DNA from: Trueperaceae bacterium
Lineage (GTDB): Bacteria > Deinococcota > Deinococci > Deinococcales > Trueperaceae
Assembly (NCBI GenBank): GCA_034520945.1
Contig: JAXHNB010000005.1
Coordinates: forward strand, 800,001-864,000
DNA length: 64,000 nucleotides
Direction of reading: 5' to 3'
Made by a program: the position numbers and the translations under genes. Of this stretch, positions 1-10,917 are shown one piece after another; the first letter of the stretch is position 1; each line of letters starts with the position of its first letter. A model generated the notes under the pieces. It ran no database searches and was not told the origin of the DNA. It saw nothing but the letters and a program-made list of their open reading frames with translations.

Positions 1-746
1 CGGTCATCGTGGACCGGACGGTGGAGGGGATCGACTTCTCACCGACGGATGCCAGCCTGACGTTCACGATCGAAGGCACGGCGGATTCGAACACGCAGGC
101 GGTCGAGATCGCCCGCGCGAACGGCTTCGACGGTGCAGTGAACATCACCGGCACCTGCGCGAGCGAATCGGGCATCACCTTCGATCCGGTCACGATCGCC
201 GCAGGCGACACCACGGCGAGCGTCACGGTGCACGCGGACGAAGGCGTCAGCAACGACAGTCAAGGCTACGACTGCACGCTCACCGGCTCCGGCGACGGCT
301 CCGAGGACGCGACGCTCGACGCCACCGTCGAAGTCGACCGCTTCGTGAATACACGCATCGTGCCGTTGAGCACGACCTGCGAAAGCGGCACCGCCACCGG
401 CGAGAGCTGCGAGGTCCTGGTCCACCTCATCAACTTCGAGGACGACTTCTACGGGTTCGAGTTCGGATTCTCCTTCGATCAGGGCAACTACGCGATCAAC
501 GAGAACGCATCCGGCCTTGGGTCGTTGACGTCGCACTTCGACCTCGACGCCGTGTCGAGCACGACCGCTGCGGGCGTCGAGCCCCTGAGTGGCGATGCTG
601 CGACCGGCAGCGGCGAGATCTACGTGCTCGTCGTCGAGCGCGTCGCCACGGGTAGCGACACGCTGAGCACCTCGGACGGTGAAGTGGTGCGCGACGACGG
701 CTCTGCGATGTCGGGCCTGCCCGGCGCGGAGATCACGCTCCCATGA
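1..746 (+). CDS. C-terminal part of an acidic surface protein (Ig-like domain followed by a cohesin-like domain); begins before the window
   Basis: Open frame to TGA at 746; D/E/T/S-rich beta-sandwich sequence; last ~130 aa show a cohesin-like pattern (GESCEVLVHL..FYGFEFGFSFD..GSGEIYVL..GSDTL). Confidence 0.55.
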   Translation, partial: VIVDRTVEGIDFSPTDASLTFTIEGTADSNTQAVEIARANGFDGAVNITGTCASESGITFDPVTIAAGDTTASVTVHADEGVSNDSQGYDCTLTGSGDGSEDATLDATVEVDRFVNTRIVPLSTTCESGTATGESCEVLVHLINFEDDFYGFEFGFSFDQGNYAINENASGLGSLTSHFDLDAVSSTTAAGVEPLSGDAATGSGEIYVLVVERVATGSDTLSTSDGEVVRDDGSAMSGLPGAEITLP

Positions 747-813
747 GCGCCGCAACCGGCACGTGCCCTGGCCAGCATCCATCCGAGTCCCGTACGTTCG
801 AGCAGGAGTCCTG

Positions 814-3800
814 ATGCGACGTTTCGCTGTGTTTTCGGTTTTGTCCGTCTTGTTTGGGCTGTTCGTGTTGGCCGCTTGTGGTCGGTCGGCGGAGCCTGAG
901 CGTTTTACGACTGTCACGCTTTCCGTGCCGGCTGAGGCTACGGCTGTTGAAGCGACGTTGGAGTTTGATCCGGAGGCGTTGGAGTACCTGGAGCTTTCGA
1001 GTGGTGGTATCGCTTCCGATGCCGTTGGTTCGGGGCGGGTGCGTCTTGCCGCGATCGATCCGAACCACGAGGGGGGCGCGTTGGTCACGGCTACGTTCCG
1101 CACCCGGCAATCGGGTGCCACGCCGAGTATCGCCAGCCTACAGGCGTACGATCCTGCGGGGGCTCCTCGCGATGGTGCTGTGAGTAGCATCGAGCGTGGT
1201 GTCGCTTCTCCGCCTGAGGGTGACGGTGACGCTGCTGGTGGTCTTGCGGCGCAGGCGATTCCTGCGGATCCTGTGCTTGAAGCGTCTTACGCGGACTACG
1301 TTCTTGGCAATGTCGATCAGACCGGCAGTGTCAGCATTGCGGATGCGAGTGCCGTTCTGAACATCGCGACGGCGACGGCTCCGTTCGATAGTCCTTCCGA
1401 TGTCCAGCTGTACCTTGCGGACTTGAACGGGAATCATGCGATTACGGTCAGTGATGCGGTTCTTGTTCTTCAGAACGTGGTTGACGATGATCTGGATGCG
1501 GATCTGGTGGTGAAACCGGATACGTTGGAGCTTGGCACCAACGATTCCGGTCTGATTCTGGTGGGGAATGCTGGGAATCAGCCGCTGCCTGAGTTGACGA
1601 TCACTTCGCCTGTGGGCATCACGTTGACGCCTCTGGATCCCGGCGTAAAGGACCACACGGCTGCGTATCAGGTGGAGCAAACCCAGGACGCCGAGAGTGG
1701 TCCCGTCCACATCGATGCCGGCACCGCCGGAAGCGCGACCGTCGGGGTGTACGTCGACGGCGAAGAACCCGTCCTCTTCGACGCGATCCGCATCAATGCG
1801 GGCGGCGACGGCGTACGACCGACATCGCTCGGCCACGACGTGGATCGCCGACGACTACTTCGACCGGACGGCAGTACGACCGTACAGCCGACCCGGGCCG
1901 AGGACGTCGACGGTACGACCGTCGACGACATCGCTGTACCAGAGCGAACGCTACGGGCGAGACCGACCTCGTTCGGGTACGGCATTCCCGTTCCCGATGG
2001 GCGAGTACGACCGTGGTGCTGCACTTCGCGGAGATCTACCACGGCGTTGTCCGCTGGCACCGAACAGCGGCGAGCGTGAAGGCGATCGCGTGTTCAGTAC
2101 GCGACGATCGAAGGCGACACGGTCCTCGACGGACTACGACGTGATGCGCGGATGACCGACGTCGGCCACCGCCGATCCAGAAGAGTCTTCGGCCCGTATC
2201 CAGGTGACCGACGGCACGCTGGACATCGAGTTCACCGCCTCCGTGGACAACGCCAAGATCTCCGCGATCGAGGTGGTGACGGCCGAACCGCAGGCTGGCA
2301 CAGCTCGACGCGTTGCCGATGCGCGCCGTCGACTTCGGTCGACCGTCGATCGACACGGCAACAGCGCCGCACATGACCGTGACCCTCGCCAACCTCGGTG
2401 AGCGCGGGCGATCCGACCATCGACGGTCAGACAGACGTCGAGCGTTCCGGATGGCGACTTCTGGCGACCGACGCTCAGCGGCGCGCTTCGAGCATCGACG
2501 CCCGGGCACCTCGACCATCGTTCGAGGTGACGTTCGCGCCCGCCGTCGACGGGCGTCCAGCGCCGGAAAGCCTCGACATCGTGCACGACAGCGGCTCCGA
2601 CGACCTCGTCTGCCGATTGCCGTTTCATTGGCGGGCGAAGGGCTTCGATCCCGCAGCGGCACCGGTCTCGTTCGGCTCGAGTGGCCTCGCGGGGGTCAGC
2701 CTCAGCAATCCGACGTCGTTGGACCTCGGCCCCGACGGCCGCCTGTACGTGTCCCAGCAGAACGGGATACTGCAACGCCTACACCGTCGGTGCGCGACGG
2801 CGCCAACGACTACTCAGGTGACCGACACCGAGACGATCGCGCTCGTTCAGGACATCCCCAACCACAACGATGACGACGGCAGCGCGAACGCAGGCGAGAA
2901 CGACCGGCAGGTCACGGGCCTGCTACGTGGCCGGCACGGCGCTCAATCCGGTGCTGTACGTGTCGTCGAGCGACCCGCGGATCGGTGCCGGAGGCGGACC
3001 CGACTCAGCGGCTCGGACACCAACTCGGGCGTGATCTCGCAGCTGACCTGCAACCTGCGCATCCGGAACTGACGCCTGTGACTGGACCACGTCGAACTTG
3101 GTCCGCGGTCTGCCGCGCTCCGAGGAGAACCACGCCTCGAACGGCCTCGACAGTACGACGCGAGTGAACAACGTGCTCTACCTCGACGCAGGGCGGGCAT
3201 ACCAACGCCGGTTCGCCGTCAGCAACAACTTCGCGCTCACCACCGGAGTACGCGCTGTCGGCCGCGATGCTGTCGGTCGACCTCGATGCGCTCGAAGCCA
3301 TGGAGGTCAAGTCGGACGCGTCGGGAGACTACGTGTACGACCTGCCGACGTTGGACGACCCGACACGCACCAACGAATCCGACGGCAGCGATCCCGGCGA
3401 TCCCTTCGGCGGCAACGACGGCCTCAACCAGGCCCGCATCGTGTTCGGCGGTCCCGTGCAGGTGTACTCGCCCGGGTACCGCAACGCCTACGACCTCGTC
3501 ATCACGCTGGTCTGGGCGAGCTCTACATCGTACGACAACGGCGCCAACGACGGCTGGGGCGGCTACCCCGAATACGAGGAGAGCTACGACTGCACCAACG
3601 CCTTCCTTTCCGGCGAACCTGGCTCGAGCAGTCCCGGTCCCGATCCCGCGGCCTACCTGGCGACGTGGAGCTGCACGACGGGAACTACGGCCACGGCGGC
3701 TGAGCGACGAGCAACCCGACAGCGAGGTCAACAACGAGGACAACCTGCACCACGTCCCCGCCCAGGGCTTCTACGGCGGTCACCCGACTCCGGTGCGCGC

Positions 3801-5323
3801 CAACCCCGGCGGCGCTGGCCTCTACGTCGACGGAGACTTCTACGACTCCTGGCCACGCCAACCTGCCCGACGACTGGCCGCCCGTTCCCGTCGATCGGGA
3901 CGTACAACGCCGTGGAGTGCGACTTCCGCAACCCCGAGACGTGGACGACGGCGCGCTCGCGATGGTCGGTTCGTCGACCAACGGCATCACCGAGTACCCC
4001 GCCAGCAACTTCGGCGGCGCCATGACAGGGCGACCTGCTGCTGTGCCAGCTACAGCGGCCGCGATCTACCGGGCCACAGCTCAACGCCTCCGGCGACGAC
4101 GTCACCGACGACGCCCGAGCAGCTCTTCTCCGGCTTCGGCTCGACGCCCGCTTGACGTGACCGCGCTGCCCGACGACAGCCGCTCTTCGCCGGCACCGTG
4201 TGGGCCGCCACCTACGGCTCCAACGACATCATGGTGTTCGAACCGGTCGACTACAGCGGCAACGGCTCGGGCGGCGGAGGGGGCGGCAGTCTCGATCGGA
4301 AGCTGCAGTACGGTCGCCGCCGAGAACCCCTCGGCGACGAGGACGGCGACGGCTACACCAACGCCGACGAGATCGACAATGGCACCAACCCGTGCTCGGC
4401 GGCGTCGACCCCGCCCGACTTCGACGGCGACGGCGTGTCCGACCTCCTCGATCCGAAGACGACGACAACGACAGTCATGCCCGACGCCACCGATCGCGTT
4501 CGCGCTCGGATGCCGACAACGGCACCACCACTGTCGCTTCCGGTCGAGTACGACCTGTTCTGGAATGACGATCCCGGCATCGGCTTCGGCGGCCTCGGCT
4601 TCACCGGTCTGATGACCAACGGGACAGCGATTACCTCGACGCTGTTCGATCCCGACGACGACCTGCAGCCTGGGCGGCACGTCCGGACTGCATGACCGAT
4701 CCAGTCGGTCGGCAGCCGGGCGACGCACACGATGACGAGGATGACGACAACACTGCAGGTCAACGCGCTGCAGTTCGGCATCGACGTCGACGACGGACAT
4801 CGATCCGGCCGAGGTTCACCATCGAGGTCCAGATCGACGCTCCTTCAACGGCGATGCAGACCCGGCAACTTCGCAGTCGTTCAGGGCTTCTACATCGGGC
4901 ACTGGCGACGCAGGACAACTACCTGAAGGTCGTCGTCAGACGACGGAGGCGACGGCGACGGCGGCATCGAAGTCGGTCCTCGAGGACCGGCGGTTCAGCC
5001 CTGTCGACTTGGCACGCGGTACCGACATCGACGGGCGTCCTGAGTTGTCGGAAGCTAGCTCGGTCCAGCTGTTCCTGGAGGTCGACCCGATCCGAGCGGC
5101 ACTCACGGCGCAGCCGAAGATACGCCGATCGATGGCGGTACGGTGAACAACGTCGGCACCGACAGCGCCGTTGGACGATCGCCCGCCAGCTGGCTCGACG
5201 CAAGCGACGACCATGGGCCTGGCAGTCGGCGTGATCGCCACCTCCACTCGGTGACGCCGCCGAGTTCGCCGCAACGTGGGAGTACATCTACATCCACGAG
5301 ACGTCGACGTCGACTAGCCCTGA
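814..5323 (+). CDS. Large surface lipoprotein 1: lipobox, cohesin-like, dockerin, malectin, Ig-like, beta-propeller, TSP3-like Ca-binding repeats; multiply frameshifted, end approximate
   Basis: AGGAG RBS then ATG at 814; MRRFAVFSVLSVLFGLFVLAAC lipobox; dockerin duplicate [28 protein letters not shown]; malectin [17 protein letters not shown]; fragments GLPRSEENH, YSPGYRNAYD, DEDGDGYTNADEIDNGTNP in shifting frames. Confidence 0.65.
1228..1740 (+). repeat. Dockerin+Ig module copy A, direct repeat of ~5849-6360
   Basis: Long near-identical DNA shared with copy B, e.g. ggcagtgtcagcattgcggatgcgagtgc and gatagtccttccgatgtccagctgtaccttgcggacttgaa. Confidence 0.9.
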
Positions 5324-5402
5324 ACGATCGTGCTCGATGGGCCTGGGCGCAGCATGCGCTGCGCCTACGGGACCCACCGTACACTGCTAAGGAGTTGACC
5401 TG

Positions 5403-8400
5403 ATGACGACGTTCTCCCTGTTTCGGTCTCGTACCGTCTGGTTTGAGTTCATTCGTGTTGGTCGCTTGTGGTCGGTCTCCCGCGCCGGAATCGTTTCACG
5501 ACAGTCACGCGTTGTCGGTACCGGCTGAGTGCCGACGGCGGTTGAGGCGACCCTGGAGTTCGATCGTGGAGGCGCTGGAGTATCGTGGAGCTGTCGAGTG
5601 GTCGGTATGGCTGTCCGAGGCAGTAGCGTCCTCGCCAGGACGTGTGCGTGTTGGCGGCGATCGCGCCGAGTCACGCCGGGGGCGAGCTGGTCAACGGTGT
5701 ACGTTCCGGGCGCTGGCAATGCGAAGGCGTCACCGCGCAGTATCGGCAGCGTGCGTGCGTTCGACGGTGCAGGCGTGCGTGCTCGGAAGGCGCCGTGAAG
5801 CGGCGTTCGATCACGGTGTCGCTGCGCCGCGCTGAGGGCGCCGGATTGGACGCTGCTGGTGATCTCGCGGCGCAGGCGATTCCCGCCGATCCTGACGTTG
5901 GATGCTTCGTATGCGAACTACGTTCTTGGTGATGTTGATCAGAGTGGCAGTGTCAGCATTGCGGATGCGAGTGCGGTGTTGAACATCGCGACGGCGACGG
6001 CTCCGTTCGATAGTCCTTCCGATGTCCAGCTGTACCTTGCGGACTTGAATGGGAATCGTGCGATTACCGTCAGTGATGCGGTGCTTGTGCTTCAGAACGT
6101 GGTTGACGATGATCTGGATGCGGATTTGGTGGTGAAGCCTGATACGTTGGAGCTTGGCACCAACGATTCGGGTCTGATTCTTGTGGGGAATGCCGGTCGA
6201 TCAGCCGCTGCCTGACTTGACGATCACTTCGCCTGTGGGCATCACGTTGACGCCTCTGGGTCGCGGCGTCGAGGATCACACGGCTGCCTATCAGGTGGAG
6301 CAATCCCAGGACGCCGAGAGCGGTCCCGTGCACATCGATGCCGGCACCGCGGGAAGCGCCTCGGTCGCGTTGTTCGTCGACGACGTGCCCGTCTTCGATC
6401 CGATCCGCATAAATGCGGGCGGAGATGCTCACACCGACGTCGAACGAAAACGACTGGATCGCTGACGACTAGCTACGACGATGAACGCCAATACGACCGC
6501 GTGGCCGCCCGACGGCCCGAAGGACGTCTGACGATCGACAGGTACCGTTGACAACTTCCTGTATCAAACCGAGCGGTTACGGGAGGACTTCTCCTACGCC
6601 GATACCCGTTCCCAATGGCGAGTACGACGTGGTGCTTGCACTTCGCGGAGATCTACCAGTGAATCGTCGGAGGATGAGATCCGAGCGACGACGAGGCTGA
6701 AGGTGCGCGCGTGTTCAGTACCGCCATGGTCGAAGGTGAGCACGGTGCCGTCGAGGACTTCGACCTGTACGCCGGATGTCGGCGCGGATCACGCGCCGTC
6801 CATGAAGGAAACCTTCAGGCCCGCAGTCGACGTTACAGACGGTACGCTCGACATCGACTTCAGCTTCTACCATCGCGAATAACGCCAAGATTTCCGCCAT
6901 CGAGGTGCTGACGGCCGAACCGCAACCCGATCACCTTGGCGCCAGCCCTGGCTCGATCGACTTTGGCCAACAAGAGACCAGCAGCACCACCCAACGAACC
7001 GTCACGCTCACCAACCTCGGCGATACCGGCGACCCCACCATCACGATCGACAGCGTCAGCGCCGACAGCGACTACGACGCCACGCTTGCACGGCGCGGCC
7101 ACCCTCGATCCCGGCGACAGCACCACCGTCGACGTCAGCTTCACGCCCGCCGCCGTCCGGTGCACAGCGCCGGCACGCCTGACCGTCGAACCACAGCGGC
7201 ACCAACGACCCCCTCGAACTCTCCCTCAGTGGCGAAGGGATCGAACCGGCCGCGTTGGTGGGCGAGACCTCGCTCGTCATCACCGAGGAAAGCTCGGACA
7301 TCGAGGCGAGCACCTACAACGGCGGTTCGTTCCAGATCACCAACGTCGGGGACAAGAACATTGCTTCGGCGTCGCTCGATCTGGGTACGACCGTGATGCC
7401 CGACATGGTGTACGACCCAGAAGGAACCGCCGGAGACGATACGGGCAAGGTCTTCACGGCGGACAGCGGCGGCTCAGCGACCGGGCTGGTCGGGGGAAGC
7501 CTGTCCGTTCCGCACGACGGGGACCCCGACGACGGCTACGAGGTGTTGACCATCACGTTCGACGACTTCGAGCCGGGTGAGACGTTCACGTTCTCGGTCG
7601 ACAACGATCCCACCAGCATCAAGGGCGCGACGATCGGCTCGCAGGCCGCCGGGCCGGTGTCGGGACTCGAACTGACGGGGGCGACCTTCACGGTCCAATA
7701 CGCCGATGAAACGGCGCACACGAACCAGGTGTTCGGCGACGGCAGCGTCGGCGGGTCCCAGTCCGTGGCGAACGAGGGCGTGCCAGCCGCGCCCACGATC
7801 GACGCGCAGGGCGTCACCATCCAAGCGACCACGTTCTCGTCCGAGCACACGGCGGCCGCGGTGACGGACAGCAGCCCGACCATCGTGGTCGACGCGCCCG
7901 CAGGGGAGAACATCACCCTCCTGCAGATCGAGGGTGAGCTCGCACTCGATAACGTTCCCGATTCAGATGGGACCCCCGGCTACGACATCGAGGACTTCGA
8001 AGCCAACAAGGCCGTGAACGTCATCTACCACGAGGCCACCGTCGGCTCTGGCGGCACGGTCGACGTGCCGGTCACGCTGACTTCGTCGACCGACGTCGGC
8101 GGGTACAATTACTTCGTGGCCGCCCGTGAGGACGAAGATGGTGCCACGAGCCTCACCTCGAACGTGGTGGTCCTGCAGCTCGTGGAATCGCTCGAACCAC
8201 AGGCGCTCTACCGGGTGAACGCGGGCGGTAAGGAACTCAAGCCCCACGACCCGGTCTGGACGAAGGATACGAGCCTGAACCCGTCGACCTACGTGAACGT
8301 CCCGGAAAGTGGTAACAAGACGTACTCGACGGCCGACACGATTGGCCTGCACGAGTCGGTTCCGGGGGGTACCCCCATGGCGTTGTTCCAGACGGAACGC

Positions 8401-8736
8401 TGGGATCCCTCGAGCGACCCTGATCCGGAGATCGAAATGACGTGGAGTTTCGACCTGGCGTCCGGGGTGGAGTACGAAGTGCGGTTGTACCTGGCCGAGA
8501 TCTACCTGGACGACAAAAACCATGACGCAGAGGGTCCACGCGTGTTCGATGTGGAGGTGGAGGGGTCGGTCCCCGCCGTGTTCGACAGCATCAACCTGTT
8601 CGAGTCGTACGGTCATGACGTGGGTGTCATGCTCTCGACGACGGTGACGCTTGCCGATGACTACCTCGACATCACCTTCCTGCACGGCCAAGAAAACCCC
8701 AACGTGAAGGGCATCGAGATCGTCCGTGTTCCCTGA
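5403..8736 (+). CDS. Large surface lipoprotein 2 (paralog): cohesin-like, dockerin, two malectin domains, acidic Ig-like region; 5' half frameshifted
   Basis: [22 protein letters not shown] lipobox; dockerin nearly identical to copy 1 (5859-6215); intact ORF 7255-8736 ends in malectin ([36 protein letters not shown]). Confidence 0.65.
5849..6360 (+). repeat. Dockerin+Ig module copy B
   Basis: Direct repeat of ~1228-1740 with mostly synonymous differences. Confidence 0.9.
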
Positions 8737-8954
8737 ACACGTGCGGTGAGCAAGGGCCCATGATGTCCTGTCCGTCGTCGCGACGATTCGCGTGTGCAGT
8801 GCAGTGCCTGGGGGCGAGCCGACCGGCTCGCCCCCTGCACGTACCCTGGCCCCGAAGCCCTGGCGCCGCCCTCTGGTATCCTGAACCAGATTCGGCACGG
8901 GAGGTGACGCCATGCAATCAGCTTGGACACGGCGCGACCGGCGAGACCCACAAG

Positions 8955-9323
8955 ATGACCTTCACCGACGCGGCCGCCGCCAAGGCCGCCGCGCTGCTGG
9001 AAGAACGAAACCAAGAGCAGGCCGCCATCCGCGTGTTCGTCAAGTCCGGCGGATGCAGCGGCTACATGTACGGCATGTCGATCGACGACCGCCGGCTCGA
9101 GGGCGACCAGGAGTTCGAGGACAAGGGCGTCCGCATGGTGGTCGACAAGATGAGCTGGCCGTTGCTGCAGGGCAGCGAGGTGGACTACGTCGAGAACATG
9201 ATGGGCGGCGGGTTCTCCGTGCACAACCCCAACGCCAGCAGCAACTGCGGCTGCGGCAGCAGCTTCCGCACCGACGGCGCCAGCGCGCCCGATGGCGAAG
9301 GCAGCGCCGGCTGCGCCACCTGA
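8955..9323 (+). CDS. iscA: HesB/IscA family Fe-S cluster assembly accessory protein
   Basis: GGCSG(Y) and NPNA..CGCGSSF motifs; the true start may be ATG 8912 (GGAGG RBS) with a 1-nt indel. Confidence 0.9.
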   Translation: MTFTDAAAAKAAALLEERNQEQAAIRVFVKSGGCSGYMYGMSIDDRRLEGDQEFEDKGVRMVVDKMSWPLLQGSEVDYVENMMGGGFSVHNPNASSNCGCGSSFRTDGASAPDGEGSAGCAT

Positions 9324-9381
9324 GCCACGCGGTTCGAGGCCGGCGCGGGCCACGCCCCGCCGGCCTCCTTCAAGACCCCAT

Positions 9382-9418
9382 CGTTCCGGCCCGGACGCGC
9401 GTCCGGGCCGGAACGTTT
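9382..9418. terminator. Perfect 34-bp palindrome between convergent iscA and gcvPB; probable terminator
   Basis: cgttccggcccggacgc|gcgtccgggccggaacg followed by ttt. Confidence 0.65.
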
Positions 9419-9453
9419 CGTGCGGGACGACGGGCCGACCGCCTCGCGGCGCG

Positions 9454-10917
9454 TCAGTCCGGCACCTCCTCGTGCGTCTCCGGCGACCAGCGCAGCACCG
9501 GCCGGCGCGCCGCCGCCACCTCGTCCAGCCGCCGGACGGGCGTGTGGTGCGGCGCGCCTGCCAGCGCGTCCGGATCCTCGGCCGCGCGGTCCAGGATGCG
9601 GCCGATCGCCTCGGCGTACGCGTCCAGCGTCTCCAACGACTCGGTCTCGGTCGGCTCCACCATCATCGCCTCCTTGACGATCAACGGGAAGTACACCGTC
9701 ATCGGGTGCATCCCCTCGTCCAGGAGGGCCTTGGCGACGTCCAGCGTGCGTACGCCCGCCGGCGGGCGTGCCACGAACTCGTGCATGCAGGTCCGGTCGT
9801 ACGCCGCCGTGCAGCCGTGTTCCCCCATGCGGACGCGCAGGTAGTTGGCGTTCAGGACCGCCATGTCGGCCACGTTGCGCAGGCCGTCCGCGCCGAGCGA
9901 ACGGATGTAGGCGTAGGCGCGGACCAGGTTGCCGACGTTGCCGTAGAAGCTGCGCATGCGGCCGATCGACCCCGGCCGGTCCTCCTCCAGGCGGTAGCGG
10001 TCCCCCTCGCGGACGATCAGCGGGCGCGGCAGGAACGGCGCCAGGTGGTCGTGCACGCCGATCGGGCCGGTGCCGGGCCCCCCGCCGCCGTGCGGGGTGG
10101 TGAAGGTCTTGTGCAGGTTCAGGTGCACCACGTCGAAGCCCATGTCGCCCGGGCGGGCCTTGCCGACGATGGCGTTCAGGTTGGCGCCGTCGTAGTACAA
10201 CTGCGCGCCGACCGCGTGCGCGGCCTCCGCGATGCGGACGATCTGCGACTCGAAGATGCCGATGGTGCTGGGGTTGGTCAGCATCACCGCCGCCACCTCG
10301 GGGGAGAGCGCCGCCTCGAACGCGCCGACGTCCATCTCCCCGTCCGGGCCCGTCGGCACCTCCACCACCCGGTAGCCCACCATCCCGGCCGTGGCGGGGT
10401 TGGTGCCGTGCGCCGCGTCCGGCACCAGCACGATCCGTCGCTGGGCGTCCTCGCCGCGGGCGCGGTGGTAGGCGCGGATCATCAGGATGCCGGTCAGTTC
10501 GCCGTGCGCGCCGGCGGCGGGTTGCAGGCTCACCTCGTCCATGCCGGTCAGCGTGGCGAGGTCCTGCTTCAACGACCACAACAGGCTCAGCACGCCCTGC
10601 GCGCCCTCGGGGTCCTGGTAGGGGTGCAGGTCGTCGAACAACGCCGCGGCGTCCTCGTGCACCTTGGGGTTGTACTTCATGGTGCAGCTGCCCAGCGGGT
10701 AGACGTTGCCGTCGATCGAGAACTGCCGGTGCGCCAACTGCGTGAAGTGCCGCACCAGGTCCAACTCCGAGACCTCCGGGAGCCGCGGGGGCGCCTCCCG
10801 CAGCGCGTCCGCGCCCAGCAGCGCCTCCATCGAGGGGCCGTCCACCTGCGGGGGGCGCGCGGCGCGGCGACCGGCCCGCGAGCGTTCGAACAGCAGCGGC
10901 GCGTCGTGCTCAGACAC
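9454..10917 (-). CDS. gcvPB: Glycine dehydrogenase (decarboxylating) subunit 2
   Basis: YPLGSCTMKYNP; HLNLHKTF(TT)PHGGGGPG PLP motif. Confidence 0.97.
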   Translation of the reverse strand: MSEHDAPLLFERSRAGRRAARPPQVDGPSMEALLGADALREAPPRLPEVSELDLVRHFTQLAHRQFSIDGNVYPLGSCTMKYNPKVHEDAAALFDDLHPYQDPEGAQGVLSLLWSLKQDLATLTGMDEVSLQPAAGAHGELTGILMIRAYHRARGEDAQRRIVLVPDAAHGTNPATAGMVGYRVVEVPTGPDGEMDVGAFEAALSPEVAAVMLTNPSTIGIFESQIVRIAEAAHAVGAQLYYDGANLNAIVGKARPGDMGFDVVHLNLHKTFTTPHGGGGPGTGPIGVHDHLAPFLPRPLIVREGDRYRLEEDRPGSIGRMRSFYGNVGNLVRAYAYIRSLGADGLRNVADMAVLNANYLRVRMGEHGCTAAYDRTCMHEFVARPPAGVRTLDVAKALLDEGMHPMTVYFPLIVKEAMMVEPTETESLETLDAYAEAIGRILDRAAEDPDALAGAPHHTPVRRLDEVAAARRPVLRWSPETHEEVPD

